From positions 31,558,001 to 31,622,000 of the forward strand of contig NC_043006.1 in the NCBI RefSeq assembly GCF_006345805.1: a DNA stretch of 64,000 nucleotides, given 5' to 3'. The first letter of the stretch is position 1. Each line of letters starts with the position of its first letter. Under the pieces are notes generated by a model. That model did no database searches. It saw nothing but the letters and a program-made list of their open reading frames with translations, and was not told the DNA's origin. Origin of the DNA: Octopus sinensis. Its lineage: Eukaryota. Below, piece after piece: positions 63,431 through 64,000 of this stretch. Both the position numbers and the translations under genes were made by a program.

Positions 63431-63619
63431 TAGCTGTCACTAAAGTGACGTAGGCTGCTACTGAGAACCAGCATTGCAAGAATGAAAGTCAAAACAACTC
63501 TCAGCTACGTGAGAGCACTTTTCTAACGACTGACAAGGGAGACAAGCTCCCATCTACGACAAGTGAGATGGAGTCAGTAACACCCTTCGTAGCACCCTCC
63601 GTCACTTTAGTGACGACTA
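63431..63619. mobile_element. TA-flanked MITE (189 bp) with self-palindromic TIRs, unclassified
   Basis: Left tagctgtcactaaagtgacgtaggctgctac versus right (reverse complement) tagtcgtcactaaagtgacggagggtgctac. Each TIR holds gtcac-taaa-gtgac. Confidence 0.85.
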
Positions 63620-63621
63620 TA

Positions 63622-63676
<55 letters not shown>

Positions 63677-64000
63677 GAGTGTATTTTACCTTGTTAACAA
63701 TTAACACGGAAAAATAAATAAATAGTTACCAGGGCAGCAAAATCTCACAAGTAAAGATGTGTGTAACTCCTTGTTTTAAAGCGTTCTGTCTATCGCTATA
63801 CGAATCCATCATTTTTAGCTAAAATGTCGTATTGACGAGTTTCGTTTTTCACACTTTCCCGAAGAGAAGATTGCATTGTTTATACCTTTTATTCTTTTGA
63901 ATAAGTATCAGTGGAATTTTCGAAACATATGTAGAAAGTAAAATACTTGTTTAAAACTGCGTTAACTCCATTTTTTTATTCAATATATATATATATATAT

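Overview
Eukaryotic, AT-rich, microsatellite-saturated DNA. From the SINE families and repeat landscape I infer a coleoid cephalopod, probably Octopus; this is unverified. I find no intact protein-coding gene, rRNA, true tRNA or CRISPR array. Almost all long ORFs in the track are translations of (TA)n, (CA)n, (TACA)n, (GATA)n or (CAT)n microsatellites. The window is a layered graveyard of mobile elements. DNA transposons: three copies of one ~1.2 kb Tc1 family, two DD37D/maT elements, mariner remnants, several MITEs (hAT, Tigger-like, TTAA-type, mariner-derived) and an internally deleted Crypton-like (tyrosine recombinase) element with a terminal hairpin. Retroelements: about 25 tRNA-derived SINE copies from three or four modular families; four R4/Dong-like restriction-endonuclease LINE fragments embedded in microsatellites, three of them stacked head-to-tail in (TAA)n; RTE, CR1/L2 and Tx1 remnants; and Penelope-like tails carrying minimal hammerhead-like cores. 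A few short + strand exon candidates (13609, 19029, 29627, 50302) could belong to a large host gene, but this is weak. The most notable observations are the (TAA)n-targeted LINE stack, the Crypton-like element, SINE-LINE shared tails, ribozyme-like motifs, a mariner MITE with internally inverted transposase pieces, and nested insertions that give a relative chronology. Nothing here can be claimed as a new system without database and expression checks.
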